The position numbers and the translations under genes are program-made. This document shows positions 44,967 through 54,802 of a DNA stretch of 64,000 nucleotides, in pieces. The notes below the pieces were generated by a model that saw only the letters and a list, made by a program, of their open reading frames with translations, was not told the DNA's origin and made no database searches. This stretch comes from a virus. Its lineage: Duplodnaviria > Caudoviricetes. Every line of letters begins with the position of its first letter. The first letter of the stretch is position 1. The stretch covers positions 128,001 through 192,000 of IMG/VR virus record IMGVR_UViG_3300020463_000001; one strand, written 5' to 3'.

Positions 44967-47849
44967 ATGGGGATCGTTATGGAATCTGGTCACAATTCAT
45001 TCAAAAATTTCCTTGAGTGGCATAAGAAAGAAGGCGCAGAAAGAAGAGTCCGTGGTGGAGATAAGAGGAAACCTCATAACAAAGAGTTAGAGGAATCTGA
45101 TGAAGCACTTAAAGGCAAAGCCGAAAAAAGTGGTATCTCTCTTGGAATTCTAAAACAAGTCTACAATCGTGGAATGGCTGCATACAAGACAGGTCATCGC
45201 CCCGGCACAACTGCACAACAATGGGCACTTGCCCGTGTCAACTCCTTTATCACCAAAGGAAAAGGAACATGGGGTGGTGCGGATAAAGATCTCGCTGCTA
45301 AAGTCGGTGGTGGAACCAAGAAAGAACAAGCTCCTTGTTGGGATGGATATAAACAAATAGGAATGAAAAAGAAAGGGAACAAGATGGTTCCCGATTGTGT
45401 CCCAGAGTCTTTTAGTGGAGCAGAGAAACAACCATTCAAATCCAAGGCTGGTGCTGGAGAATTTGCATCCAAAGAACTAGAAAAGAAATATCGCAAAGGA
45501 ACTCCTGGCCAACCAAAGAAAAAGATTGAAGATGCCACGATAACAGAAAAACTAGATTATGATTTGTATCACAAAACATTTTCTGCCGCAATGCAACATT
45601 CTTACAAGGTGGCAAAGAAAAGAGGATTCAAAGTATCTGCAGATTCGATAGATACACAGGTCGCATTTGGCCCTCGCAAACCATCAAACGGAAAGATGAA
45701 CAGTTATCATTTAGACTTGGATGGAGAAAGAAATAAGAAACTTCGCGTTCAAGTATACAACACCGGAAAGTCATACGAACTGAATATGTATATTGAGTCT
45801 ATGGAACTTAATGAGAGAATGTCCAGAAAAGACTTTGAAAAACTGAAGAAAGGCGATAAGGTAGAAATAAATTACGGTAGCACCATGTCTGGTTCTACGA
45901 CTAGAGAGTTTTCTGTAGTCAATAGATCCAGAAGTGCGAAGTATGATGTTGATAAGATAAGACTACAACCGACAGACAAGACTGGCGGAATGAAATTCTT
46001 TCTCTATAGCAGAAAGGGTGGAGATGCCACCCTCGCACTTGGAGATATGGGCGCATCCATTAAGAGTTATAGATTGACAGAAGAAGTCGAACTTCGAGAG
46101 AAGAAGTACAGTCCTTCTGATGAAAAGAAAATCCAAAAAACAATTAGTATTATGAAGAAGTATCCAGACAATAAAAAGAAGTCGGATAAAGAATTAAGAG
46201 ACGGTGCGATTGAATATCTATTCCACAATAGAACTATGAAAAGAAAGAAGGTAGAAACTACAGAAGGTTTCACCACATCACAGATTGGTAAACTGAAGAA
46301 GGCATACTCTACTGTTTCTACTGTAGATCCTACTAGTTCTTCTTATAAAAAATTAACAAAGATGATTAAGTCTCAGGATAAAGAAGCTCTGACTCAAATT
46401 GCAAAGGCAAAGGTTAACTTTGTCTCTCAGATAGCTGCAACAGAACTTCGAAGAACTCACAACATTAAACTGAAGGCTTCTGAATTTATGGAGGAAATTG
46501 AGATGAATGAGTCAGAATTTAAGACTGTCAAAGGAAAAGATGGTAAGAAGTATGACGTTAAGATTTCTATGGACGGCAAAAAGTTCAAGTTTAGAGTGAC
46601 GGATAAGACCGGAAATGTAGGCGCATTTAAGGTTATATCTCTAGGCCAGGCTGCAAAACTCTTTGAGAACCTAGAAGAACTTATAGATATCACTGAAGAA
46701 AGTGGTATCGAACTTGCTCGTAAAATTGTTGACAGAAAACAACACATGAAGGGAATTGATTTGACCACTGCTGGTCTTATTCTACAAGTTTATGATAAAG
46801 TAAACGATAAGAATAAATCGAAGATGGAGAAGATGTCTGGAAAACAACTTGCTTCTGTTGTCTACAAAATGCTTTCTAAAGAAGAAGTTCAAGAGGAACA
46901 TGATATGTATGGATATAAATTATTCAATGAAGAAGTTGAACTTGATGAGAAATTGAAAGTTGGGGATAAGGTCAAGTTCAAGAAAGGCATCGACCCAAAG
47001 ACTGCTAGAAGTTATGGAGACGCAATAAGGAAGTCTGGCAAGGTTGTGAAGGACTACGGTGATGGTGATGTCAAAGTAAACTTTGGTGGTAATAATGATA
47101 AGTCTGTTGATGCTAAACTATTAGTAAAAGAAGAAGTAGAACTAGAAGAAGCGACAGGAAAAGAAATTGCTGCACTCATGAAGAAATCCAAGACTATGAA
47201 AGGATTTGCTGCTAAAGTTGCGAAGATGAAGACTGTCACCGTAGATGATCTAGAAGATATGCTTCCCGATTATGTTTCTGGTGGAGATATCAGAAAGATG
47301 TTCGAAGCTCATTGTAGTTCTAAGAAAATGAAGAAAGAAGGAATTACCGATGAAGATGTTGCACAGTTTATTGGTGCCGCGTCTGCTGCTAAGAAGGCTG
47401 GAAAGAAAAATTTCTCATTTGGTGGTAAGTCTTATCCAGTAACGATCTCTGGAGATACTGCAAAGAAGGTTCTTGAGGACTCTCTTGAGGAATCCTTGCA
47501 AGAAAAGATGGATCCTACAGAACACGTTGAGAAAAATAAAGAAACTGGGATGTATTGTGTCTATGATGCCAACGGGAAGAAAGTAAAAGAATTTGAGGAT
47601 AAGGAAGAAGCAGATGACTATGCTATCAAGAATCACGAAAAATTGATGGCTGTAAAGGAGTCTAAATATACAGACATAGAAGAATTAATTGAGTCTTCTG
47701 ATAAAAAAGACGCAGCAGAGATGTCGAAGTTAGTGAAAGAATTGCAACCAAAAATTTCTAACTCTGAATTGAAGAAAGAGGTTCATGCAATGGCAATGGA
47801 AAAATATAAGAACAAAACTAGAGCGAAGAAGATCGCCAGTTTTGCATAA
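44967..47849 (+). CDS. large modular putative internal-head polyprotein
   Basis: Lys-rich modules separated by EEVELxE-type motifs; NSFKNFLE near the N-terminus; alternative start 44979. Confidence 0.6.
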   Translation: MGIVMESGHNSFKNFLEWHKKEGAERRVRGGDKRKPHNKELEESDEALKGKAEKSGISLGILKQVYNRGMAAYKTGHRPGTTAQQWALARVNSFITKGKGTWGGADKDLAAKVGGGTKKEQAPCWDGYKQIGMKKKGNKMVPDCVPESFSGAEKQPFKSKAGAGEFASKELEKKYRKGTPGQPKKKIEDATITEKLDYDLYHKTFSAAMQHSYKVAKKRGFKVSADSIDTQVAFGPRKPSNGKMNSYHLDLDGERNKKLRVQVYNTGKSYELNMYIESMELNERMSRKDFEKLKKGDKVEINYGSTMSGSTTREFSVVNRSRSAKYDVDKIRLQPTDKTGGMKFFLYSRKGGDATLALGDMGASIKSYRLTEEVELREKKYSPSDEKKIQKTISIMKKYPDNKKKSDKELRDGAIEYLFHNRTMKRKKVETTEGFTTSQIGKLKKAYSTVSTVDPTSSSYKKLTKMIKSQDKEALTQIAKAKVNFVSQIAATELRRTHNIKLKASEFMEEIEMNESEFKTVKGKDGKKYDVKISMDGKKFKFRVTDKTGNVGAFKVISLGQAAKLFENLEELIDITEESGIELARKIVDRKQHMKGIDLTTAGLILQVYDKVNDKNKSKMEKMSGKQLASVVYKMLSKEEVQEEHDMYGYKLFNEEVELDEKLKVGDKVKFKKGIDPKTARSYGDAIRKSGKVVKDYGDGDVKVNFGGNNDKSVDAKLLVKEEVELEEATGKEIAALMKKSKTMKGFAAKVAKMKTVTVDDLEDMLPDYVSGGDIRKMFEAHCSSKKMKKEGITDEDVAQFIGAASAAKKAGKKNFSFGGKSYPVTISGDTAKKVLEDSLEESLQEKMDPTEHVEKNKETGMYCVYDANGKKVKEFEDKEEADDYAIKNHEKLMAVKESKYTDIEELIESSDKKDAAEMSKLVKELQPKISNSELKKEVHAMAMEKYKNKTRAKKIASFA

Positions 47850-47859
47850 GTGAGGTATC

Positions 47860-48219
47860 ATGGGTAAGTTTACGCCGCCTAAGTGGGCAAAATTCGCAGT
47901 CGCGACAGATAAGGGATGGGAAGATTCCAGAACTGGAGAACTCTTAGTTTCTATGAGAAACTTAAAGACCGATATGGAAGCCGCCGCAGCACCTGTCGTT
48001 GCAGAACCAGAGCCTGTTGAAGAACCAGTGGTCGAAGAGAAACCCAAGAAGAAACGCGAACAGAAAAATCATTTCGCAGCAAAACCAGAATCGCCAGACT
48101 TTGAATCAATGACAAAAGAAGAACTGGAACTCTGGGCAAGAGAACACATAGATGTCGAGTTGGACAGAAGAAAGACTAAGAAAAGTCTTATCGAAGAAAT
48201 ACAGGAAAATTTAAAGTAG
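47860..48219 (+). CDS. conserved T4-like protein with C-terminal Rho-N/HeH-like helical motif
   Basis: PPKWAK..ATDKGW...TGELLVS; MTKEELE..DRRKTKKSLIEEI. Confidence 0.55.
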   Translation: MGKFTPPKWAKFAVATDKGWEDSRTGELLVSMRNLKTDMEAAAAPVVAEPEPVEEPVVEEKPKKKREQKNHFAAKPESPDFESMTKEELELWAREHIDVELDRRKTKKSLIEEIQENLK

Positions 48220-48238
48220 AAATACTTTAGGAGGAAAA

Positions 48239-48451
48239 ATGGCAGTATCACAATTTGGTCAAGAGAACTATATCGCAAACGGCCTAGGAATCCCTGCCCA
48301 CGATTTTATAGAAAACTCATACGAATCCTCTACTAATAATTTGATTGCAGTTGAATACAAACTTGGAGGTTCGTCCGGTACAGTGGTTGCCCGTTTAGAT
48401 TTTACATATGATTCATCCGGAAACTTACTGACTGTTGAAAGGACGGCGTAA
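48239..48451 (+). CDS. small fibre-associated structural protein
   Basis: IPAHDFI...YKLGGSSGTVVA..TYDSSGNL; coupled to the fibre gene. Confidence 0.55.
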   Translation: MAVSQFGQENYIANGLGIPAHDFIENSYESSTNNLIAVEYKLGGSSGTVVARLDFTYDSSGNLLTVERTA

Positions 48452-51400
48452 TGAGTTATAGATATAATCCACTATCCGGAAAGATAGAATTTGTAGGAAT
48501 CTCAACCTCAGATGGAACATCTCTCGAAGCAACTATCAATGAGAAAGTTGCAAACTTAGTAGATTCTGCACCAACTACATTGGACACGCTCAATGAGTTG
48601 GCTGCTGCGTTGAATAATGATCCTAACTTTGCGACATCTACCGCGACATTGCTTGGCGAAAAGGCACTCGCAACTGATTTGGCGTCTTTGGCTGCGTCTC
48701 TGAACCAAGTTGCAACATCTGGTTCTTATGCAGATTTGACCGGCACTCCTACTTTGGTTAATATTGCAACATCTGGTTTATATGCGGATTTAACTGGTGC
48801 TCCCGATTTGTCTGATGTCGCAACATCTGGTTCTTACGCCGACTTGACCGGAACTCCTACTAATGTTTCTGATTTTACAAATGATGAAGGATTTATCACT
48901 GATTATACTGTAACAGAATCTGACGTAACAGGACATGAGGCGTCACTAACTTTAACTGAATCACAGATTAGTGATTTACAATCTTATTTAACTACAGTTG
49001 CATTTGCAGATTTAACATCTAAACCAACCACTGTCTCTGGTTATGGAATTACTGATGCATTTGATGGAGATTATGGTTCACTGACAAATAAACCAGATCT
49101 TTTTGACGGCGCATATTCTAGTTTATCCGGAGCTCCCACTAATGTTTCTACATTTACAAACGATTCTGGATATATCACTGGTTATACCGTCACTGAATCT
49201 GATGTTACTGGTCATGAGTCTGCACTCACCATAACTGAATCTCAAATATCTGACTTGGGATCATACTTAGTTGCTGCAGATTTATCATCTTATGCTACAC
49301 AAACATATGTAAATGCCCAAGGATTTATTACTGGTTATACCGTCACTGAATCTGATGTTACTGGTCATGAGTCTGCACTCACCATAACTGAATCTCAAAT
49401 ATCTGATTTGACACCATATTTAGTTTCCGCCGATCTGAATGGATATGCGACAGAAACCTTTGTTGGTTCGCAGGGATATATCACTGGTTATGCAGTCACT
49501 GAATCTGATGTTACTGGCCACCAAACCGCATTATCAATTACAGAATCACAGATTAGTGATTTACAATCTTATTTAACTACAGTTGCATTTGCAGATTTAA
49601 CATCTAAACCAACCACTGTCTCTGGTTATGGAATTACTGATGCATTTGATGGAGATTATGGTTCACTGACAAATAAACCAACAATACCTACCGTCCCAAC
49701 AACGGTGAGTTCTTTCACTAATGATTCTGGATATATTACAGGATATACTGTTACTCAGGATGATCTTTCTGGATTAACTATAACTGAATCTCAAATAACA
49801 GATTTGGGAGCTTATCTAGTTGCGTCTGATTTATCAACATATGCACTGACAACGTATGTAGACGCTCAAGTTGCTGGAGTTGTAAATTCTGCTCCGGAAA
49901 CATTAAATACCTTAAATGAACTGGCAACTGCCCTTGGAAATGATCCAGACTTTGCCACATCAACTGCTAATTTAATTGGCACAAAGGCAAACACTGCGGA
50001 TTTGTCTTCTGTCGCAACATCCGGTGCATACGCAGATTTAAGTGGTGTTCCTTCTTTGTTTGACGGCGCATATTCTAGTTTATCTGGAGCTCCCACTAAT
50101 GTTTCTACATTTACAAACGATTCTGGATATTTAACAACAGTTTCTTTTGATGATCTGTCTTCTTCCCCGACAACTGTCTCTGGTTATGGAATTACCGATG
50201 CGTTCTCAGGAGCATATGGAGATTTGACTGGTGTTCCTACTAATATTTCTACATTCACAAATGACTCAGGGTATTTAACTACTATATCTTATGCAGAAGT
50301 AACTGGTAAACCAACATTATTTGATGGTGCATATTCTAGTTTGTCTGGTGTTCCTACTAATATTTCTGATTTTACAAACGATTCTGGATATTTAACAACA
50401 GTTGCATTTGCAGATTTAACATCCAAACCAACCACTGTTTCGGGCTACGGAATCACCGATGCCTTTGATGGTGCATATTCTAGTTTATCCGGAGCTCCCA
50501 CTAATGTTTCTACATTTACAAATGACTCTGGTTATTTAACAACAGTTTCCTTCGAAGACTTAACATCAAAACCAACGACTATCGATGGTTATGGAATTAC
50601 TGATGCTTTTGATGGTGCATATTCTAGTTTATCTGGTGTCCCTACTACTGTTTCTACATTCGCAAATGACTCAGGGTATTTAACAACAGTTGCATTTGCA
50701 GACTTAACTTCTAAACCAACAACTGTTTCTGGTTACGGAATCACTGATGCATTTGATGGTGCGTATTCTAGTTTATCTGGAGCTCCCACTAATGTTTCTA
50801 CATTTGCAAATGACTCTGGCTATTTAACAACAGTTGCATTTGCAGATTTAACTTCTAAACCAACTACTATATCTGGTTATGGAATCACAGATGCATTTGA
50901 TGGAGATTATACTAATTTAACAAATAGACCAACTATACCGACTGTCCCAACTGCATTAAGTTCTTTTTCTAATGATACTAACTTTATCACTCTAGACGAA
51001 TCTCAATCTGGAGTCAGTGTTACCAGCGTATCCGCAAGTGGCTCCGGTTCACTTAACTATAATAATTCTAGTGGCGTATTTACATTTGCTCCTGCAGATT
51101 TGAGTTCTTATCTAGTTGCGTCTGATTTATCAACTTATGCATTAAAGACTTATGTTGATACTCAGGTTGCTGGTGTAGTAAGTTCTGCTCCAGAAACTTT
51201 GGATACTTTGAATGAATTGGCGGCCGCGTTAGGAGACGATCCAAACTTTGCAACAACAGTATCAAATCAGATTGGTACAAAGGCTGAATTGGGCGACTTT
51301 AGTGTTTCTACTGTTGCTGAAAGTGGTGCCGGATCTCTTAACTATAATAATGCTGGAGTATTTACATTTGCTCCTGCAGATCTAAGTTCTTATTTAACAA

Positions 51401-52926
51401 CAGTTGCGTTTGCAGATTTAACATCTAAACCAACCACTGTCTCTGGCTACGGAATTACTGATGCATTTGATGGAGATTATAATAGTCTTACAAATCAACC
51501 AGTAATCCCCGAAGGTGCAGATCTTACAGGGTATGCAACAGAAATTTATGTTAATGATCAGGGTTTTATCACAGGAATCTCATTCGCAAATGTATCCGCA
51601 AAACCAACTACTATTGCTGGTTATGGAATAACTGATGCCTTCTCTGGTGCATATGGAGATTTGACTGGAGCTCCTACTTTATTTGACGGTGCATATTCAT
51701 CGCTTACAGATGCACCTACTGCATTAAGTAGTTTTTCTAACGATACAAACTTTATTGATTTGACCAGAGTAAGTGTCTCCAGTGTCGCTGCAAGTGGTTC
51801 TGGTTCTCTTAACTATAATAACGCAAATGGAGTATTTACATTCTCTCCTGCAGATTTGAGTTCTTATTTGACTTCTTCTGATCTATCAACATACGCAACA
51901 GAGTCTTTTGTCTCTACTCAAGTTGCAAATGTTGTTAATTCTGCGCCAGAGGCATTAAATACTCTTAATGAACTTGCTGATGCTTTGGGAGATGATCCAA
52001 ATTTTGCAACAACTATTTCAACTCAAATAGGAACTAAGGCAGCTCTTGGAGATTTGGATGTCAACACCGTATCTTCAAGTGGTTCTGGTTCTCTTAATTA
52101 TGATAGTTCTACTGGTGCGTTTACATTTGCACCAGCAGATTTGAGTTCGTTTTTAACTTCTTATACCGAGACAGATCCAGTATTTACTGCCCATCCTTCC
52201 TCTGGAATTACGACATTCCACATCCAACAATGGAATACTGCATATACTTGGGGAGACCATAGTACTGTAGGATATTTAACTACAGAGACACAATCAGACT
52301 ATAATCAAACAGATAGTAGTGCTGTAGATTTTATCAAGAACAAACCTTCTTTGTTTGACGGTGATTATGATTCTTTGACTAATAAACCATCTTTATTTGA
52401 TGGCGATTATGGAAGTTTGAGCAATCAACCGTCACTATTTTCTGGTGCATATGCGGATTTATCTGGAAAACCTACTATCCCATCAGCACAAGTTCAATCA
52501 GATTATGATCAGACAGATGATACTGCGGTAGATTTTATTAAGAATAAACCAACATTATTTGATGGCGACTACAGTTCTCTGACTAATCCGCCTTCACTAT
52601 TCGATGGGGATTATGGTTCATTGACTAATACACCTTCTCTATTCGATGGGGATTATGATAGTTTAAGTAATAAACCTACATTGTTTGATGGAGACTATAC
52701 AAACTTAACAAACCAGCCAACCATACCAACTAACAATAATGAGTTGACTAATGGTGCTGGTTATCTTGCTTTAGTTTCTGTACCATCAACATCTAAGGGA
52801 GCGTCAGGAGATGCCTCTGGAGATGTCGCGATGGATAATGATTATATATATAGATGTACTGCGAATTATACTGATGGAAATGCCGATATTTGGAAGAGAG
52901 TAGAATTCTCAACTGATACTTGGTAA
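48451..52926 (+). CDS. long repeat-rich tail/virion fibre protein
   Basis: Many KPTTVSGYGITDAFDG and TNDSGY repeats; 4x TLNELAxALxxDPxFAT; C-term DNDYIYRC...WKRV. Confidence 0.85.
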   Translation: MSYRYNPLSGKIEFVGISTSDGTSLEATINEKVANLVDSAPTTLDTLNELAAALNNDPNFATSTATLLGEKALATDLASLAASLNQVATSGSYADLTGTPTLVNIATSGLYADLTGAPDLSDVATSGSYADLTGTPTNVSDFTNDEGFITDYTVTESDVTGHEASLTLTESQISDLQSYLTTVAFADLTSKPTTVSGYGITDAFDGDYGSLTNKPDLFDGAYSSLSGAPTNVSTFTNDSGYITGYTVTESDVTGHESALTITESQISDLGSYLVAADLSSYATQTYVNAQGFITGYTVTESDVTGHESALTITESQISDLTPYLVSADLNGYATETFVGSQGYITGYAVTESDVTGHQTALSITESQISDLQSYLTTVAFADLTSKPTTVSGYGITDAFDGDYGSLTNKPTIPTVPTTVSSFTNDSGYITGYTVTQDDLSGLTITESQITDLGAYLVASDLSTYALTTYVDAQVAGVVNSAPETLNTLNELATALGNDPDFATSTANLIGTKANTADLSSVATSGAYADLSGVPSLFDGAYSSLSGAPTNVSTFTNDSGYLTTVSFDDLSSSPTTVSGYGITDAFSGAYGDLTGVPTNISTFTNDSGYLTTISYAEVTGKPTLFDGAYSSLSGVPTNISDFTNDSGYLTTVAFADLTSKPTTVSGYGITDAFDGAYSSLSGAPTNVSTFTNDSGYLTTVSFEDLTSKPTTIDGYGITDAFDGAYSSLSGVPTTVSTFANDSGYLTTVAFADLTSKPTTVSGYGITDAFDGAYSSLSGAPTNVSTFANDSGYLTTVAFADLTSKPTTISGYGITDAFDGDYTNLTNRPTIPTVPTALSSFSNDTNFITLDESQSGVSVTSVSASGSGSLNYNNSSGVFTFAPADLSSYLVASDLSTYALKTYVDTQVAGVVSSAPETLDTLNELAAALGDDPNFATTVSNQIGTKAELGDFSVSTVAESGAGSLNYNNAGVFTFAPADLSSYLTTVAFADLTSKPTTVSGYGITDAFDGDYNSLTNQPVIPEGADLTGYATEIYVNDQGFITGISFANVSAKPTTIAGYGITDAFSGAYGDLTGAPTLFDGAYSSLTDAPTALSSFSNDTNFIDLTRVSVSSVAASGSGSLNYNNANGVFTFSPADLSSYLTSSDLSTYATESFVSTQVANVVNSAPEALNTLNELADALGDDPNFATTISTQIGTKAALGDLDVNTVSSSGSGSLNYDSSTGAFTFAPADLSSFLTSYTETDPVFTAHPSSGITTFHIQQWNTAYTWGDHSTVGYLTTETQSDYNQTDSSAVDFIKNKPSLFDGDYDSLTNKPSLFDGDYGSLSNQPSLFSGAYADLSGKPTIPSAQVQSDYDQTDDTAVDFIKNKPTLFDGDYSSLTNPPSLFDGDYGSLTNTPSLFDGDYDSLSNKPTLFDGDYTNLTNQPTIPTNNNELTNGAGYLALVSVPSTSKGASGDASGDVAMDNDYIYRCTANYTDGNADIWKRVEFSTDTW
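48958..49680 (+). repeat. exact coding direct repeats in the fibre gene
   Basis: 138-bp identical copies at 48958-49095 and 49543-49680; 77-bp identical copies at 49177-49253 and 49330-49406. Confidence 0.85.
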
Positions 52927-52948
52927 TTTGAACTACTAAGATTATTTT

Positions 52949-53344
52949 ATGCAAAAATTTGACAACTTGACGGAAGAAAACGTCTTGATGTATCAAATGA
53001 AGTCTTACGATAATCCGCAATGTCACACATACGAAGAGTTTGTGGATGATATGAAGCGGATAAAATATATCAAGAGACTTTTTTTTAGATACCACACAAA
53101 ACGTATATTGAAAGAAAGATTGATTATCAATCACCTAATTATTTTATATAATGTTTTAGGGAATAGCGCGGCTTCGCGAATTCTCTTTTTAAAGATAGAC
53201 CCTTCTCAGTATTATATACTAAAGAGTTTTCTAGTCTTTATAAACAAGATGCCAAACCGCATTTATGGGGTAAATGGGTCTGATATAAATAGTATTGACA
53301 TACCCATAGATGATGATATAATAGAAACACTCAGGAAATTATAA
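52949..53344 (+). CDS. conserved T4-like hypothetical protein
   Basis: YDNPQC...EEF.DD.KRIKYIKRL...LKERLIINHLIILYNV. Confidence 0.7.
   Translation: MQKFDNLTEENVLMYQMKSYDNPQCHTYEEFVDDMKRIKYIKRLFFRYHTKRILKERLIINHLIILYNVLGNSAASRILFLKIDPSQYYILKSFLVFINKMPNRIYGVNGSDINSIDIPIDDDIIETLRKL
53284..53291 (+). promoter_or_regulatory. T4-type late promoter (intragenic)
   Basis: TATAAATA 60 bp upstream of ATG 53344. Confidence 0.6.
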
Positions 53345-54009
53345 TGGCATCAGTCTTTAACGCATTTCTAGCATACAAATTTATCAAAGTTATAACGACT
53401 CCTTGGAAAGACATGGAGGCATTTGAACACGGTATTGTAGATGCGAATGGAAAACAGTTAAAGAAATCTAATCAATTGAAAACTTCCGAAGAAAAATCTT
53501 CGTACACACTCTTTCATAGATTGATATTTAATCTTAAACGAGTATTAGAAAAGTTTCCTTTTGGTAAGAGTCGTATTGCAAGTTATGCGGCCGCATTTGC
53601 ACTTCTCAGAGAAGAAAGAAACAAGTCTCTCAAAGATATGGATGACGAAACATATGAACAAATAGAAGGTTTCTTGTGTGACTATGTTAATATACTTGAA
53701 GAGAAAACACAAGAACTTTTGATGGAAGATGCTCCAGTTAATTCTATTGGAGACGCAAGTCATCTTGCAGGGTTGGGTAAAATGCCTCCGACATCTTTTG
53801 CTGGAATGCGAGTTTTTAGAATAAAAAATGATACTTATAATAAACTTCTCAAAGGAAAGAAGAAGTATGCGAGATGGCAGAATTATATTTCTGCGGAAGA
53901 AGCATCAGATATTAGAGATTATATAAGAAGAAATCCAAAGAAGAGTGTGGTACTCATGGATGATTCTTATGGAACTATGACTATATTAAGAAGACACAAC
54001 GAGATTTGA
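53344..54009 (+). CDS. conserved T4-like hypothetical protein
   Basis: AYKFIK..TTPW...GIVD.NG..LK; HRLIFNLKR; SYAAA..LLRE. Confidence 0.65.
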   Translation: MASVFNAFLAYKFIKVITTPWKDMEAFEHGIVDANGKQLKKSNQLKTSEEKSSYTLFHRLIFNLKRVLEKFPFGKSRIASYAAAFALLREERNKSLKDMDDETYEQIEGFLCDYVNILEEKTQELLMEDAPVNSIGDASHLAGLGKMPPTSFAGMRVFRIKNDTYNKLLKGKKKYARWQNYISAEEASDIRDYIRRNPKKSVVLMDDSYGTMTILRRHNEI

Positions 54010-54010
54010 A

Positions 54011-54415
54011 ATGGCATTTTTCAGTACATTTAAGATAGTTATGATACTCATTCCTCTCCTTATGGGAGCTGGGGGGTGGTACTATATCAAGGGATTGAAA
54101 GAATCTTTGGAACAGATGAAAATCAACGCTGCACAGATGGAAGACGCAATCAATTCCAAAGATGGAGAGATAAATAGACTGAATGAAAATATTAACGTAC
54201 TGAGAACAGTCACGGACGAAGTTCAGGCAGTCAGGAACAATTTAGAAAAAGAAGTAGACAAGTTAAGAGTAACTCTTGGAGAACACGATTTGGGTTATCT
54301 TGCGAGTAAGAAGCCCGGTTTGGTAGAAAAAATAGTAAATAGAGCAGTAGATAGAGATGTTAAACAACGTCTTGATAGAATTACAGGAAATGTAGATGAA
54401 GATAAAGATTCTTAG
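54011..54415 (+). CDS. putative inner-membrane spanin (Rz-like)
   Basis: Single N-terminal TM helix followed by a long coiled coil; overlaps the next gene. Confidence 0.7.
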   Translation: MAFFSTFKIVMILIPLLMGAGGWYYIKGLKESLEQMKINAAQMEDAINSKDGEINRLNENINVLRTVTDEVQAVRNNLEKEVDKLRVTLGEHDLGYLASKKPGLVEKIVNRAVDRDVKQRLDRITGNVDEDKDS

Positions 54416-54791
54416 TTTATTATTACTAGTATTTTTGATGACAGTTTCTACTGGTTGTTCAATACTAAGACCAGAACCAGTTGAAAAAATAATTACTAAA
54501 GAGGTTTTAATTAAAAAACTTCCTCTTAAATTGAAAAATCCGGAACCAATTGATTGGTTGGGTATAAAGTGGATGATCATAACTCCGGAAACATATGAGT
54601 CCAGAATAGAAGAATTGAAGAGGGACGGAAAAAGTTTAGCGATATTTGCATTAGACAAAGATTCGTATGAGGCCATATCTATAAATATGGCTGAGATCTT
54701 AAAATATATGGAAGAGCAAAGTTTCATTCTTGCTCAATACCGAGAGTATTACGAATCGGAAGATGAATCTGAAGAGTCTGAAGATAAATAA
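54396..54791 (+). CDS. putative outer-membrane lipoprotein spanin (Rz1-like)
   Basis: Signal peptide MKIKILSLLLLVFLMTVSTG-C lipobox. Confidence 0.72.
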   Translation: MKIKILSLLLLVFLMTVSTGCSILRPEPVEKIITKEVLIKKLPLKLKNPEPIDWLGIKWMIITPETYESRIEELKRDGKSLAIFALDKDSYEAISINMAEILKYMEEQSFILAQYREYYESEDESEESEDK

Positions 54792-54802
54792 TAGGAACAA
54801 TT

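Noticed and set aside
48451-52926. CRISPR array or diversity-generating retroelement
   Set aside because: The repeats are in-frame coding units without unique spacers; there are no cas or reverse transcriptase genes and no adenine-specific TR/VR pair.
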